The notes beneath the pieces were generated by a model. It did no database searches, was not told the DNA's origin, and was given only the letters and a program-made list of their open reading frames with translations. Both the position numbers and the translations under genes were made by a program. Positions 1 through 10,000 of a stretch of 64,000 nt of DNA are shown one piece after another (within the stretch, counting starts at the first letter, position 1; every line of letters begins with the position of its first letter). Source of the DNA: a virus; the IMG/VR virus record IMGVR_UViG_3300043411_001114, positions 1 to 64,000 of that record, one strand, 5' to 3'.

Positions 1-1968
1 AATCCCGAGAAAATGACGTACCAAAAGGGTTTCACTCCCCAAGAGCTTCATCAATACATTTCCGAGAGGCTAGGACCGGGATATTCGGTCAGCCGCGCCA
101 ATATCGGGAGCGCTCCAGCAGTTCATGTCGTCAAAAATCCTAAATCCGTCACGGCCCGCCGCCGAGTCAGGAGCGCCGCCTTGAGAAAAGTCGCCCACAA
201 CCGGGCCATGAAACTGGCCTGGGGTGAAGTAGAAGCCCCGACGATGGTCGACACCTTGCGCGAGGAGGGGTCGGCCCCCGAGGACGACAACAACGACTTC
301 GAGCGTTATGTCGATCCGCCCGAGGAACTTGCCGACCCCGACCTGTCGGCCGCCTCCCGCATCGACCGTCAGCAGGAGATGCAGGGCACCGGCGATCCGG
401 CCGCGCAGGGGGTTCCCGGTGCCGCCGAGGGTGGTGCCCCACCGCAGCAGCCGCAGCAGCAGTTCATCACCCTCCAGGTGCCCGTTCCGGCCGCCCAGGA
501 TGCCGGTGTCCCGATGGCCGCCACCCCGGCCGCAGCAGCCCCTCAGGCCCCTCCGATGGCCCCACCGCAGCAGCCCCAGCAGGTGATGGCGTCCACCCTC
601 GACTACTTCGAGAGGTACTACGGGCGGCGCATCGCCAACTGGATGGACGCCATTGAAGCCCGCCGGGAGTTGACTCCGGAGGAAAAAGCCGATTACCGGC
701 GTCAAACAGCAAGCCTCTCGACCCTGGAAAATGGTCGAGAACTTTCAACAACCAATAGGAACCCCACGAAAGGAACCGCCAACATGGCACGCACCAATAT
801 CGCCAGCCGCACCAAGGTGGCGACCGCCGGGCGGCGTCAGCACTTCGCTGAGGGTCCGCTCGTCGACGGCGGCGATCGCAGCCGCAACAACCAGGGCGAG
901 CAGGAGGAGGCCTTCATCTCCCAGACCCCGCCCGAGGTTAGCGGGGAGTTCCCCGGCGACGACGCCCATAACATCTCCAACACCGAGCACAACCTGGTGG
1001 CCCGGGTGCAGCGGGGGCGCGACCAACTGCTGCGCGACGCCAACCAGCTTGCCAGCATCCGGCAGCGCCGGGCCTTCGATGAGGCCGGTGGCCCGGTGGC
1101 CACCACCGTCGACCCCAAGGTGCAGACCGGCCCCGAGGGTGAGGCCCTCACCGGTGACGACTTCACCTCGGCCAACCCGAACGAGGGTGTCTCGCCGACC
1201 AACCCGAAGGACGCCTCGCTGCGCGCCTTCCGGGCCTTCGACGGCTGGCTGGCCCAAAAGACCGGCAAGTCGAGCCGCCGCCACAACGAGGCGACCATCA
1301 AGAAGGCCGCCGCCCAGTTCTCGCGCGAGGCCGGTATTAGCCCGCAGGCGCTCTTCCCGGCACTGGGAATCGTCCTCCGGGAGGCTCGAAAGAGCGAGAA
1401 GCAAGCCAACTCCAAGGGAGCCTCGATGCGTAAGCGTTCCAATGAGTCGCTGGAAGTCGCAGCGCCCGACGCCCGTATCGACGTCGTGTCGCCGGTGAAG
1501 AACGTCAGCGACGACAAGGCGCAGGCGAGCCAGTTCAGTGTCCACGACTTCGGGAACAACGCCGGTGACGGTGTCGCTAAGCCCGACCTGTCGACCGACC
1601 AGAACTGGGCACCCGGTGAGGCCAGCAAGACCAGCGCCCGTGTCAAGACCGCCGGTGGCCTCCTGGCCATGCGGTGCGCCGAAGGCATGATCGAGGCCGG
1701 GCTGGAGCCGAACAGCCGCGATCGGAAGTATCAGCTCGCGGCAGAGTTCGAAAACATGAATCGCAACCTGATCCAGGATCGGGTCGCGCTTCTCGAAAGG
1801 TTTGCCGCCGTGCGTCAGGCAGACCTCCAGAGGGTCGCCAGCGGAAGTTCTCGCGGGGCCGCACGTTCGCCGATCCCGGCAGGACTCGGTGGTGGAACCC
1901 GCACCGCTGCGACCGGCCAGCGACTGGCAGCGCACGACCCCCGTAACGATAGCTCGCTGTTCATCTGA
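1..1968 (+). CDS. Capsid scaffold/maturation-type protein, C-terminal part (probably begins upstream of the window)
   Basis: The frame is open back to base 1. It is low-complexity Ala/Pro/Gln-rich and lies directly upstream of the decoration and major capsid genes. An internal SD (AAAGGA) and in-frame ATG occur at 784. Confidence 0.6.
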   Translation, partial: NPEKMTYQKGFTPQELHQYISERLGPGYSVSRANIGSAPAVHVVKNPKSVTARRRVRSAALRKVAHNRAMKLAWGEVEAPTMVDTLREEGSAPEDDNNDFERYVDPPEELADPDLSAASRIDRQQEMQGTGDPAAQGVPGAAEGGAPPQQPQQQFITLQVPVPAAQDAGVPMAATPAAAAPQAPPMAPPQQPQQVMASTLDYFERYYGRRIANWMDAIEARRELTPEEKADYRRQTASLSTLENGRELSTTNRNPTKGTANMARTNIASRTKVATAGRRQHFAEGPLVDGGDRSRNNQGEQEEAFISQTPPEVSGEFPGDDAHNISNTEHNLVARVQRGRDQLLRDANQLASIRQRRAFDEAGGPVATTVDPKVQTGPEGEALTGDDFTSANPNEGVSPTNPKDASLRAFRAFDGWLAQKTGKSSRRHNEATIKKAAAQFSREAGISPQALFPALGIVLREARKSEKQANSKGASMRKRSNESLEVAAPDARIDVVSPVKNVSDDKAQASQFSVHDFGNNAGDGVAKPDLSTDQNWAPGEASKTSARVKTAGGLLAMRCAEGMIEAGLEPNSRDRKYQLAAEFENMNRNLIQDRVALLERFAAVRQADLQRVASGSSRGAARSPIPAGLGGGTRTAATGQRLAAHDPRNDSSLFI

Positions 1969-2002
1969 TTGAACGGCACCCCTACACCTTAGAAAGGAGG
2001 GA

Positions 2003-2536
2003 ATGATGTTCCGTCCGCCGCTGTCGAACCCGACTCAGAAGCGCACCCTGCGTCCCCTGTACGCCAACTACCAGGCGACACCTTGGGCAGGCTTTCTGGA
2101 CCCGGATCTCGACGTCGACTTCGACATCCTTCCCGGCACCGTCATGCAGCGTCTGTATGGCGAGGTCTTCGCTCCCTACACCGGAGAATCGGGCACCGTC
2201 CCCTTCGGTCTCTCGGCCCTCTTCGTCGCCCCCAAGCTGGGCGTCAACGAGGTTTCCTCGTCCGGCACCGGCCTGTTCACGGTCTGGGTCGGCGGCGATC
2301 AGGCGGTCTTCGAGGTCTTGGCTCCGGCCTTCGACATCGAGGCGACCTGGCCGACCACGACCGGCCCGAGCCGTGTCATGCTGACCGCCAACGACAAGGG
2401 TCGCCTGACCCCCGAAGGCGTGACCGCAGAAAATGCCATCGCGGAACTGATCGACATCCCGTCGACCGACAAGATCGTCGTCCGCCTCAACCGTCTCGAC
2501 CTCTCGTCGACGACCGACCTGGCAGGGGGTAGCTAG
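2003..2536 (+). CDS. Putative capsid decoration/minor capsid protein
   Basis: 177 aa with a strong SD (AGAAAGGAGG), between the scaffold-like and major capsid genes. Confidence 0.65.
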   Translation: MMFRPPLSNPTQKRTLRPLYANYQATPWAGFLDPDLDVDFDILPGTVMQRLYGEVFAPYTGESGTVPFGLSALFVAPKLGVNEVSSSGTGLFTVWVGGDQAVFEVLAPAFDIEATWPTTTGPSRVMLTANDKGRLTPEGVTAENAIAELIDIPSTDKIVVRLNRLDLSSTTDLAGGS

Positions 2537-2538
2537 CC

Positions 2539-3540
2539 ATGAGCCTCCCAGTGGCAGCCGGAAGCGGCCTCGGGCGTTTCGCCCGGGCGAGCGACGACTA
2601 TGTCTCCGACATCGTTTCCGCAAAGCAGCGGCTCGGCGGGCGCAAGCTCTCCGCCCGCGAGAAGCAGGCCAAACTCGCTCACATCCTGAGCGACAAGACC
2701 GGCGGTATTCAGCGTCTGGGCCAGTCGATGATCGGCCCGATCCAGTTGCAGCTTCGCTACCAGGGCATCCTGCGTAACGTGCTTCTGGAGGACACCCTGA
2801 CCCCGGGCGTGCCGATTTTCTACGACGTGCTCGATGACCTGGGGCGTGCCTACATGCTCCACGGCAACGAGGGCGAGATCAAGATCACCCCCTTCGAAGG
2901 CAAGCGTGTCGAGGTGCAGCTGTTCCGCATCGCCTCGTTCCCGCAGATCAAGAAGGAAGATCTGTACTACCTCCGTAGCAATATCGTGGAGTACACCCAG
3001 GACATGACCAAGCAGGCGATCATGCGGCAGGAAGACTCCCGCCTGATCACCCTGCTGGAGGCGGCGGCGGTCTCGTACCGCGCGGTCGATGCCTCCTCGG
3101 TTCCGGGTACCGGCGCTCTGCCGAACGAGATCACCGTCGCAGGTACCCACCTGCAGCCGGATGACCTCTACACGGCGGTCACCTGCACCGATCAGCGGCA
3201 GCTGGATTCCAGCCGCCTGCTCTGCAATCCGCAGGAGTACCGCGACTTCTACCGGTGGGACATCAACACCACCGGCTGGGCGTTCAAGGACTCGGTCGTC
3301 GCCGGTGAGCGGATCGTGCAGTTCGGTGAGTTCCAGATCGGCAAGTCGATCATCGTCCCGCGTGGCACGACCTACCTGACGCCCGATCCCGAGTTCCTCG
3401 GCGTCTTCCCGGTCATGTACTCGCTCGATGTGGAAGAGGACAATCGCGTCGCTCACTTCCACACCGGATGGGTTATGGACGAACTTGTTGGGATGGCGGT
3501 CTTGAACCCCCGCGGTATCGTTATACTTCGTAAGGCTTGA
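2539..3540 (+). CDS. Major capsid protein (HK97 fold)
   Basis: 333 aa with a typical MCP C-terminus (GWVMDELVGMAVLNPRGIV), strongly biased codons, and a downstream terminator. Confidence 0.85.
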   Translation: MSLPVAAGSGLGRFARASDDYVSDIVSAKQRLGGRKLSAREKQAKLAHILSDKTGGIQRLGQSMIGPIQLQLRYQGILRNVLLEDTLTPGVPIFYDVLDDLGRAYMLHGNEGEIKITPFEGKRVEVQLFRIASFPQIKKEDLYYLRSNIVEYTQDMTKQAIMRQEDSRLITLLEAAAVSYRAVDASSVPGTGALPNEITVAGTHLQPDDLYTAVTCTDQRQLDSSRLLCNPQEYRDFYRWDINTTGWAFKDSVVAGERIVQFGEFQIGKSIIVPRGTTYLTPDPEFLGVFPVMYSLDVEEDNRVAHFHTGWVMDELVGMAVLNPRGIVILRKA

Positions 3541-3573
3541 GTCTAAAAAAACGCAGGTCAGACGTAGTAAAGT

Positions 3574-3606
3574 AAAGCCCCGCATCTTTCGAGATGCGGG
3601 GTTTTG
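3574..3606. terminator. Intrinsic terminator, possibly bidirectional
   Basis: AAA-GCCCCGCATCT-TTCG-AGATGCGGGGT-TTT: UUCG loop with A/T tracts on both sides. Confidence 0.85.
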
Positions 3607-3688
3607 CTATTACCAGGATTAAGCATCGTCATTCCGACCAATTCATTCATAACCCAACTCTTCAGTAATGCGACACAATGAAAAAGCG

Positions 3689-3697
3689 TGCTATAAT
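3689..3697 (+). promoter_or_regulatory. SigA-type extended -10 promoter (leaderless transcript) of the endonuclease gene
   Basis: TGcTATAAT, 7 nt before ATG 3705, with no SD. Confidence 0.65.
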
Positions 3698-3704
3698 GGT
3701 TTTT

Positions 3705-4691
3705 ATGGCACCCGGAATAAAACACCCACGAAGAGGTGAGGCGCTGGAGTTGTGGCTCCAGGGGCACTCCTGCAGAAATATCGCGAAAATGCTTTCCGTC
3801 ACCGACAGGAGCGTTCGGGACTGGCGGGACGCGGATGGATGGCCAGAGCAAAAAATCACCCTTCCTAAGGGGTATGACTCAAGCGGTCGCAAGGAAAAAG
3901 TCGATGCCGAGTTTGCCGCCGTGCGTGAGGAACTTGCAGTCGTGTGGGAGAAATCCATTCAGCCAAGAAGGGTTGGAAGCACGGGAATAGTGATGCAGGG
4001 TTCCGCTCATCGAGTCGCCGAACATTTCGGCTGGTCTCCATCCAAGACAATCAAGTTCCTCAAAAGGGCGGGATTACTCACCCCCAGGCCGTCTAACAAG
4101 ACGCATGGAGGCAGGGCCGCCGAGCTGTTTGAATCGGGATGGTCTGTCCCCCGAATAGCGACCGAGGTCGAGGTTAGTGAAGACACGATAAGATCCTGGC
4201 TGAAAAAGCGAGGACTAGATCTGTCGAATCACCACGATCGCCGTTCACACGAGGAGAAAATCGCCTTCCGACAGGCAATCAGTGATGGCCGGGGCGGTTC
4301 GGTGGTGGGTAACGGAAGATTCAAATACAACGATGTCCGAATGGACTCCTCATGGGAAGTTCGTTTCGCCAAGAATCTCGACCGGCTCGGTGTCGAGTGG
4401 ACTGTATGGGATCGAGAGCGGGACGGCACCGTGGAGATTCCCGGCGAGGTCGTTGGCCGTTACTCCCCCGACTTCCTGGTCGGTGATCTTCCGGTGGAGA
4501 TTAAGGGTGTCTATGACGCCACGGCGGCTCTCAAGGTGTCCACCTGGCGTAAGGAGCGCGGCAGACTTGCGGTCGTGATGAGGAACGAGCTACTCGAACT
4601 GGAGTCAGCCAGAACCGCCGAGGAAGCCATCGCCATCCTCCAGGCCTTTTGTTACCTGGACCCTCCGGCCAGAAGGGATGGCTGGTCTTGA
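3705..4691 (+). CDS. Free-standing putative homing endonuclease (HTH repeats plus PD-(D/E)XK domain)
   Basis: HTH-like segments (RNIAKMLSVTDRSVRDW; PRIATEVEVSEDTIRSWL) and a C-terminal MDSSWE...YSPDF...VEIKG nuclease motif. GC is lower than in the flanks. Alternative start 3678. Confidence 0.7.
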   Translation: MAPGIKHPRRGEALELWLQGHSCRNIAKMLSVTDRSVRDWRDADGWPEQKITLPKGYDSSGRKEKVDAEFAAVREELAVVWEKSIQPRRVGSTGIVMQGSAHRVAEHFGWSPSKTIKFLKRAGLLTPRPSNKTHGGRAAELFESGWSVPRIATEVEVSEDTIRSWLKKRGLDLSNHHDRRSHEEKIAFRQAISDGRGGSVVGNGRFKYNDVRMDSSWEVRFAKNLDRLGVEWTVWDRERDGTVEIPGEVVGRYSPDFLVGDLPVEIKGVYDATAALKVSTWRKERGRLAVVMRNELLELESARTAEEAIAILQAFCYLDPPARRDGWS

Positions 4692-5050
4692 TGAAAATTC
4701 CATTCAAAGAAGTTCTTGAAATGATCGAGTGGCTGCACGATGACATGGGGCTATCGTCGGTCGTGACGGGTACAGAATTAGCCGCCCTTCTGGCCGAGAC
4801 GTTGGTTTCGGTCAGGGACCCGTTCTGCACCACCTGCGACGTCAACACGATGGAGGTTGGCGAGTACTACATGGTCGACCACGCTTTATGGAATCGTTAC
4901 GGGGTAGGAAAGGGGATGATGTGCATCGGTTGTCTGGAGGACAGACTGGGACGCGAATTGGTTTCATCCGACTTCTCTGACGTTCCTATCAACACTATGG
5001 ACACCGACTTAAGATCAAAGCGCCTCAAGGCTAGGCTGGGTTTGCTATAA
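4691..5050 (+). CDS. Small Cys4 zinc-binding hypothetical protein
   Basis: TGATG overlap with the upstream stop; CTTC...EYYMV..ALW...CIGCLE.RLGR motif. Confidence 0.7.
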   Translation: MKIPFKEVLEMIEWLHDDMGLSSVVTGTELAALLAETLVSVRDPFCTTCDVNTMEVGEYYMVDHALWNRYGVGKGMMCIGCLEDRLGRELVSSDFSDVPINTMDTDLRSKRLKARLGLL

Positions 5051-5087
5051 TTAAAAGACACCACCACCCACCCCCAAGGGAGTCATC

Positions 5088-5264
5088 ATGGCCACCAACT
5101 TCGACTACGAACTCTCGCACTTCGGCAACATCTGGGAGATCAGGGCCATCAGCCTCCCCGTCACCCTCGACACCAGCGTGCCCACCGAGTCGCTCGTCGC
5201 CACCTTCTTCAGCGAGGACGAGGCCATGACCGCCTGGGAGCAAGTCACGGAAGCCGCTTTCTAG
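5088..5264 (+). CDS. 58-aa hypothetical protein (not in ORF track), MATNFDYELSHF...EAAF
   Basis: TGcTATAAT at 5043-5051, CA-rich leader, AAGGGAG SD and high-GC3 codons. Confidence 0.75.
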   Translation: MATNFDYELSHFGNIWEIRAISLPVTLDTSVPTESLVATFFSEDEAMTAWEQVTEAAF

Positions 5265-5275
5265 ACCGTCCCTCC

Positions 5276-5330
5276 CCTGTCAACACCCCGACGGGCCTCC
5301 TCAATAGGTAGAACGAGGAGGCCCGTTTCC
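5276..5330 (+). promoter_or_regulatory. Late-promoter-like motif within a 12-bp terminator/RBS-sequestering hairpin
   Basis: CCTGT-N22-AATAGGTAG. Stem ACGGGCCTCCTC (5291-5302)/GAGGAGGCCCGT (5315-5326) contains the SD. Confidence 0.65.
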
Positions 5331-6950
5331 GTGTCCAGAATCATCCGCGCCACAAGTAAGACTGCAGTTCGTTTGCGCCTACCCGAAACTCAGTCCAAGG
5401 GTTTGGATGCTCTGGGTATCACCCAACGCAAGCTCAATGGAAACTTCATGAGTTGGATGGACACCCTCTCGGATCAGGACAAAGCCGAGGGTGGTTTGTG
5501 GTACCCCACCGGGAACGACTGGGGCCATTACATGTCTCAGTTGCATGGCGCGCATCCCGACAAGGTGTTCGGGGTCATGTCCAAGATGTCTCCCCAGCGT
5601 GACTGGCACGGGAACCTTGACGACGTTCACATGATCGCCTCTAACTATCACCAGAACCCTGACGCAATCAGGAGACCCCCGGGCATTTCTGGAAACGACA
5701 ACCTCAAACAATCTTTACGTGTCTTCGGCGCAGAAGACGACCCTGACGCTATTCATGCTGCCTTCCTGGGAACCAAGAAGAACGGCAGAGGTCAGCTGAT
5801 CCCCCGGCTTTCTAAAGACCTCCCCAAGACCTACGACTTCTATCAGGCACTGCGGGACCCAGAGACCGGCGGGGCGGGCAATTACATGCTCCACCCTGCT
5901 GTTGTCGACTCCTGGATGAGTCGGTCGATGCTGTGGTCGAAGAATGCCTGGGATAAAGCCCAGGCTGGTGGTAGGCCACTGTCGTGGCCGGGTAAAGGCA
6001 CCGGTGAGGGGTTGGACAAGCATCTCCCTGTCAAGAAGCTGAATCCAGAAACGGGAGAGTATCAAGTCGTCGGAACCAGACCACCGAACGCTCGCGACGT
6101 TGCGGCCCGGGTGGTGGGCCTGAGTGGCGGCTATGACCGGATGCGTAACGCCATGCGTAACGGTGCGGCAGTTCATGACATGCCTTTCTCGCATGGTGCT
6201 CAGGCCGCCGTGTGGAAGGCCATCAGTGGTAACGCCAACCCTGATCCAACACCCCAATATGGCGATCTTTCTGAGATTCATCATGATCCGCGCGGACTGT
6301 GGAACGAGATGTGGGCACGCCGGGCCAGCGGACTGCACGTCCCTCAACAGCAGGGGATCACCGCCCACCGCACCGCTGCTCATGGGGTGACTCCGGGAGA
6401 CCCTCACGGCCCGGAGGATTCGCACGATGAAGGCTGGGGAACCCCCGAGGACGTCATGTCGATGATTCGTCATGTCCAGATGGGGCCACCCGGATACGAC
6501 CACTGGGAAGGCGGACCTCAAGGAATGTCATTCGATAGCGTTCCGCACCCCGGGCCTCCTGAGCGTGGATATGTCATGGCGGCCTCCCGCAGCAACGATC
6601 CCGACGCGCCCCAGGCCTTCCTGGGCCACCTGGCGGCGTTCGACGACTTCGACGAGATCATGGGCGGCCAGAGTTTCCCCCATCAGATGGACGGCGGTTC
6701 GGGCGGCGACCACCCCTGGAAGGGTGAGTACGCCGACGCGCTGAGGGCCGGGTGCAAGTATTGCGGTGCCGACCCGGACGAGATGTGCGATCCGCACTGT
6801 CCGACCAACCACAGCGAGGACCCCAAGGTCTGGGAGCGCGACTACAAGGCGCTCGGCGGGCCACCGGCCAAGGCGGTCGACGACACCATGTTCCGACTGA
6901 ACAACGTCCGCGACGTCCTGGGCTACGTCAACAAACTGCTGTCTGAGTAG
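5331..6950 (+). CDS. Hypothetical protein with HhH-glycosylase-like N-terminal domain; possible internal virion protein
   Basis: Motifs G.LWY...GV.SKMSPQ.DW..N, K..DF, VVDSWM.R and QAAVW. Acidic/His-rich tail with CxxC. Confidence 0.5.
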   Translation: MSRIIRATSKTAVRLRLPETQSKGLDALGITQRKLNGNFMSWMDTLSDQDKAEGGLWYPTGNDWGHYMSQLHGAHPDKVFGVMSKMSPQRDWHGNLDDVHMIASNYHQNPDAIRRPPGISGNDNLKQSLRVFGAEDDPDAIHAAFLGTKKNGRGQLIPRLSKDLPKTYDFYQALRDPETGGAGNYMLHPAVVDSWMSRSMLWSKNAWDKAQAGGRPLSWPGKGTGEGLDKHLPVKKLNPETGEYQVVGTRPPNARDVAARVVGLSGGYDRMRNAMRNGAAVHDMPFSHGAQAAVWKAISGNANPDPTPQYGDLSEIHHDPRGLWNEMWARRASGLHVPQQQGITAHRTAAHGVTPGDPHGPEDSHDEGWGTPEDVMSMIRHVQMGPPGYDHWEGGPQGMSFDSVPHPGPPERGYVMAASRSNDPDAPQAFLGHLAAFDDFDEIMGGQSFPHQMDGGSGGDHPWKGEYADALRAGCKYCGADPDEMCDPHCPTNHSEDPKVWERDYKALGGPPAKAVDDTMFRLNNVRDVLGYVNKLLSE

Positions 6951-7062
6951 ACGAGGGACACCTGGGCATAAAAACCTCCACCCCTGTTTCCCGCTCCCTG
7001 ACGGTCATGAATAAGTAGCGGGGACTGCCGTCCCTGACGCTCCGTAGTCAGAGGGTGGTTGC

Positions 7063-10000
7063 ATGTCGTCGAAGTGGGTGGACGCCAACGGCAACCAGTG
7101 GCGTTTCTCGGCGGCGACCAATACCTGGCAGGCCCTGGTCAACGGCCGCTGGGTCGCCAGACCGCTGCCCGCCGGTGGCCTGAAGCGAGGCGACCTCGAC
7201 CGCTACAAGCCGGGCACGGCCATCGTCGAGACGATGGGTCCCCCGGGTGCCTCGGGCGCTCCGGGGCCGATGATGTCTGTCCAGCCGCTGAACACCAAGA
7301 GCACACCCGACGACGATGACCAGTTCATTCTGGCCGACTCCGACGACTTCTGGAATCTGCGCAAGATTTCCTCGACCGACCTCAAGTCGGCGATGCTCAA
7401 CCACGTCTACACCACGGAGGTCAGCCTCAGCAACAAGACCCTGATCAACCCCCGGGTCTCCGACACCATCCGCGACGGCGCGGGCGGTTCGGTGCTCAAG
7501 ATCGAGGGCGCTTCGGGGTCGGTCAACCACCTGGCGGTCCGGTCCTCGGCGACCGGGAACGCGGTCGGGCTGGCGGCCACCGGTAGCGACGCGGCGATCA
7601 ATATCGCGATCGACCCCAAGGGCGCGGGCCAGGTACTGCTCGGCGGTGTCCCGGCGGTCACCACCACCGGCACCCAGACTCTCACCAACAAGACGATAAG
7701 CCTCACCAACAACACTCTGGTGGGGACGATCGGTCAGTTCAACACCGCCCTGACCGGGGCCGACTTCGCGACCATCGCCGGGACCGAGACCCTCACCGGT
7801 AAGACCCTGACCTCCCCGACGATCACCGGGGCCTCAATCACCGGCTCGTCGGTGACCGGGGCGAGCGCCCTGTCGATGGGTAACACCACCCTCACCGGCA
7901 CCACAACCCCGCTCTTCCTGAGCCTGGGCGGCACCTACGGAACCAGCACCGCCGGGAGTGCGGCCAACCTCAAGCTCAAGGTGCACGAGGACACCTCGGC
8001 GGCCTTCGGGCTGGGCATCTCGACCTCCAACCTGGAGTACCAGGTCCCGCTGTCGAACTACGCGCACCGTTTCTACGCCGGTGGCACCGAGGTGGCGGCG
8101 ATCACCTCGACCGGGATCACCGCATCGGGGGTGGCGGTTCCGACCGTCTCCTCGACCAGCACGTTGACCAACAAGACCCTGTCCGGAGCAAACAATACTT
8201 TCTCTGCGGTTCCTCAAAGCGCTGTCACGAATCTCACGAGCGACCTGGCGGCCCGGGAGTTGGCCGCGAACAAGGGCCAGCCGAGCGGTTATGCGAGCCT
8301 GGACTCGGGCGGCAAGGTTCCGGTCACTCAACTCCCGCACTCGATCATGCAGTACCAGGGGACCTGGAACGTCTCCACCAACACCCCCGCGCTGGCTGAT
8401 GGATCGGGCGACACCGGAGACGTGTACCGGGTCACGGTCGGCGGCTCCCGGAACCTCGGCTCCGGCTCGATCACCTTCGACGTCGGCGACTACGCCATCT
8501 ACAACGGGACGGTCTGGGAGAAGTCGGACACCACCGACGCGGTAGCCAGCGTCAACGGCTACACCGGCAACGTCAGCCTGAACAAGTCCGACGTCGGCCT
8601 GGGCAATGTCGACAACACCTCGGACGCGACCAGGAACGCCGCGTCAGCCACCCTGACCAACAAGACGATCAGCCTCGGCTCCAACACGGTCACCGGGACG
8701 GTGGCCCAGTTCAATACCGCACTGTCGGACGGCGACTTCGCCACTCTGGCGGGCACCGAGACCCTCACCAATAAGACCATCACAGAACCTAAAATCAGCA
8801 CTGTTCGGCATCCGACAGATAACCAGGCGTGGCTGAGTTCTGTTTCCGGCAGCCTGGTGTACATAAGCCCGAATGGGAATTCGGCTCTTCAGGTTGGATC
8901 GGTAGCGTCTGCTGTCAATTATGTTCGGATCACGGGGGCGGCTACAGGCGTTAATCCGGCAGTTACCAGTTCTGGCACCGACACGAACGTATCACTGGAA
9001 CTCAACACCAGAGGTTCGGGAACTGTCAAGGCCAACGGTGTCGATGTTGCAACAATCAGCGGGGCGCAGACTTTAACAAACAAGACCATTTCCGGTGCAT
9101 CTAACACGATCACCAACCTGCCCGCGAGTGCGACCCCTGACGCGGCACGATTGGTGTGCAAGACCGCGACCGGCGGCTCGGGGGTCGAGAACGGAGCGAA
9201 CACCTGGGCGAAACTGGTGACGCTCACGCCTGCCGTCAATGGCTCATGTGCGCTGCTGCTGGGGATTACGACCGGTACGTCATTTCAGCCGCAAACCGCC
9301 ATACTCCAGGTTTGGGCCTATGCCACTCAACCCAGCCCCGCACTGCCTTTGGTGGCGGTGCAACTGATCGGGATGCCCAACAGCGGCTACGCCTTCTACG
9401 CCGACGGATTCAAACTTGTCAACAACGGCTACGGGCAGCCGGTTGAGTTGTGGATTAAGAAGTCCGATCAGTACACCGATTTCAGTGTGACCGAGATTTC
9501 CCGCTCGGTGTCAGGCACGGTCACCTATAACAACAATGCGGCCTGGCAGTCTGCGGAGCCGACCGGTTCGGCGATCAACACCCGTTCCACCGGGGTCACG
9601 ATTTCCGGTGTCCCGGTTGTCACCACGACGGCCACGCAGACGTTGACGAATAAGACGTTGACCAGCCCGACAGTTAACAACATCTTCAACAACAGCGTTA
9701 GGGCAATCAATTTTTCGTCAGCCGCTGGCGCTGTTGACTATTTTGATGTTAACAACGCTACCGGCACTGTCGGGCTACGGGCTTTAGGGACTTCGACTAA
9801 CATCGGAATCACGCTTGAACCTAAAGGCAACGGCAAAACATCAATCTACGCAGCAACTGGGCAGACACCTGCCATTGCTGCCACTGGTGCCGACGCCAAC
9901 CACTCCCTGAATCTTGTTCCCAAAGGTTCTGGCACGGTTCAGGCTAACGGTGTCCCGGTTGTCACCACCACCGGGGCGCAAGACCTCACCAATAAAACTT

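Noticed and set aside
3558-3851. 97-aa minus-strand ORF containing the capsid-like peptide
   Set aside because: It overlaps the nuclease gene and terminator and has no RBS. The signal is treated as a DNA/RNA element, not a protein.
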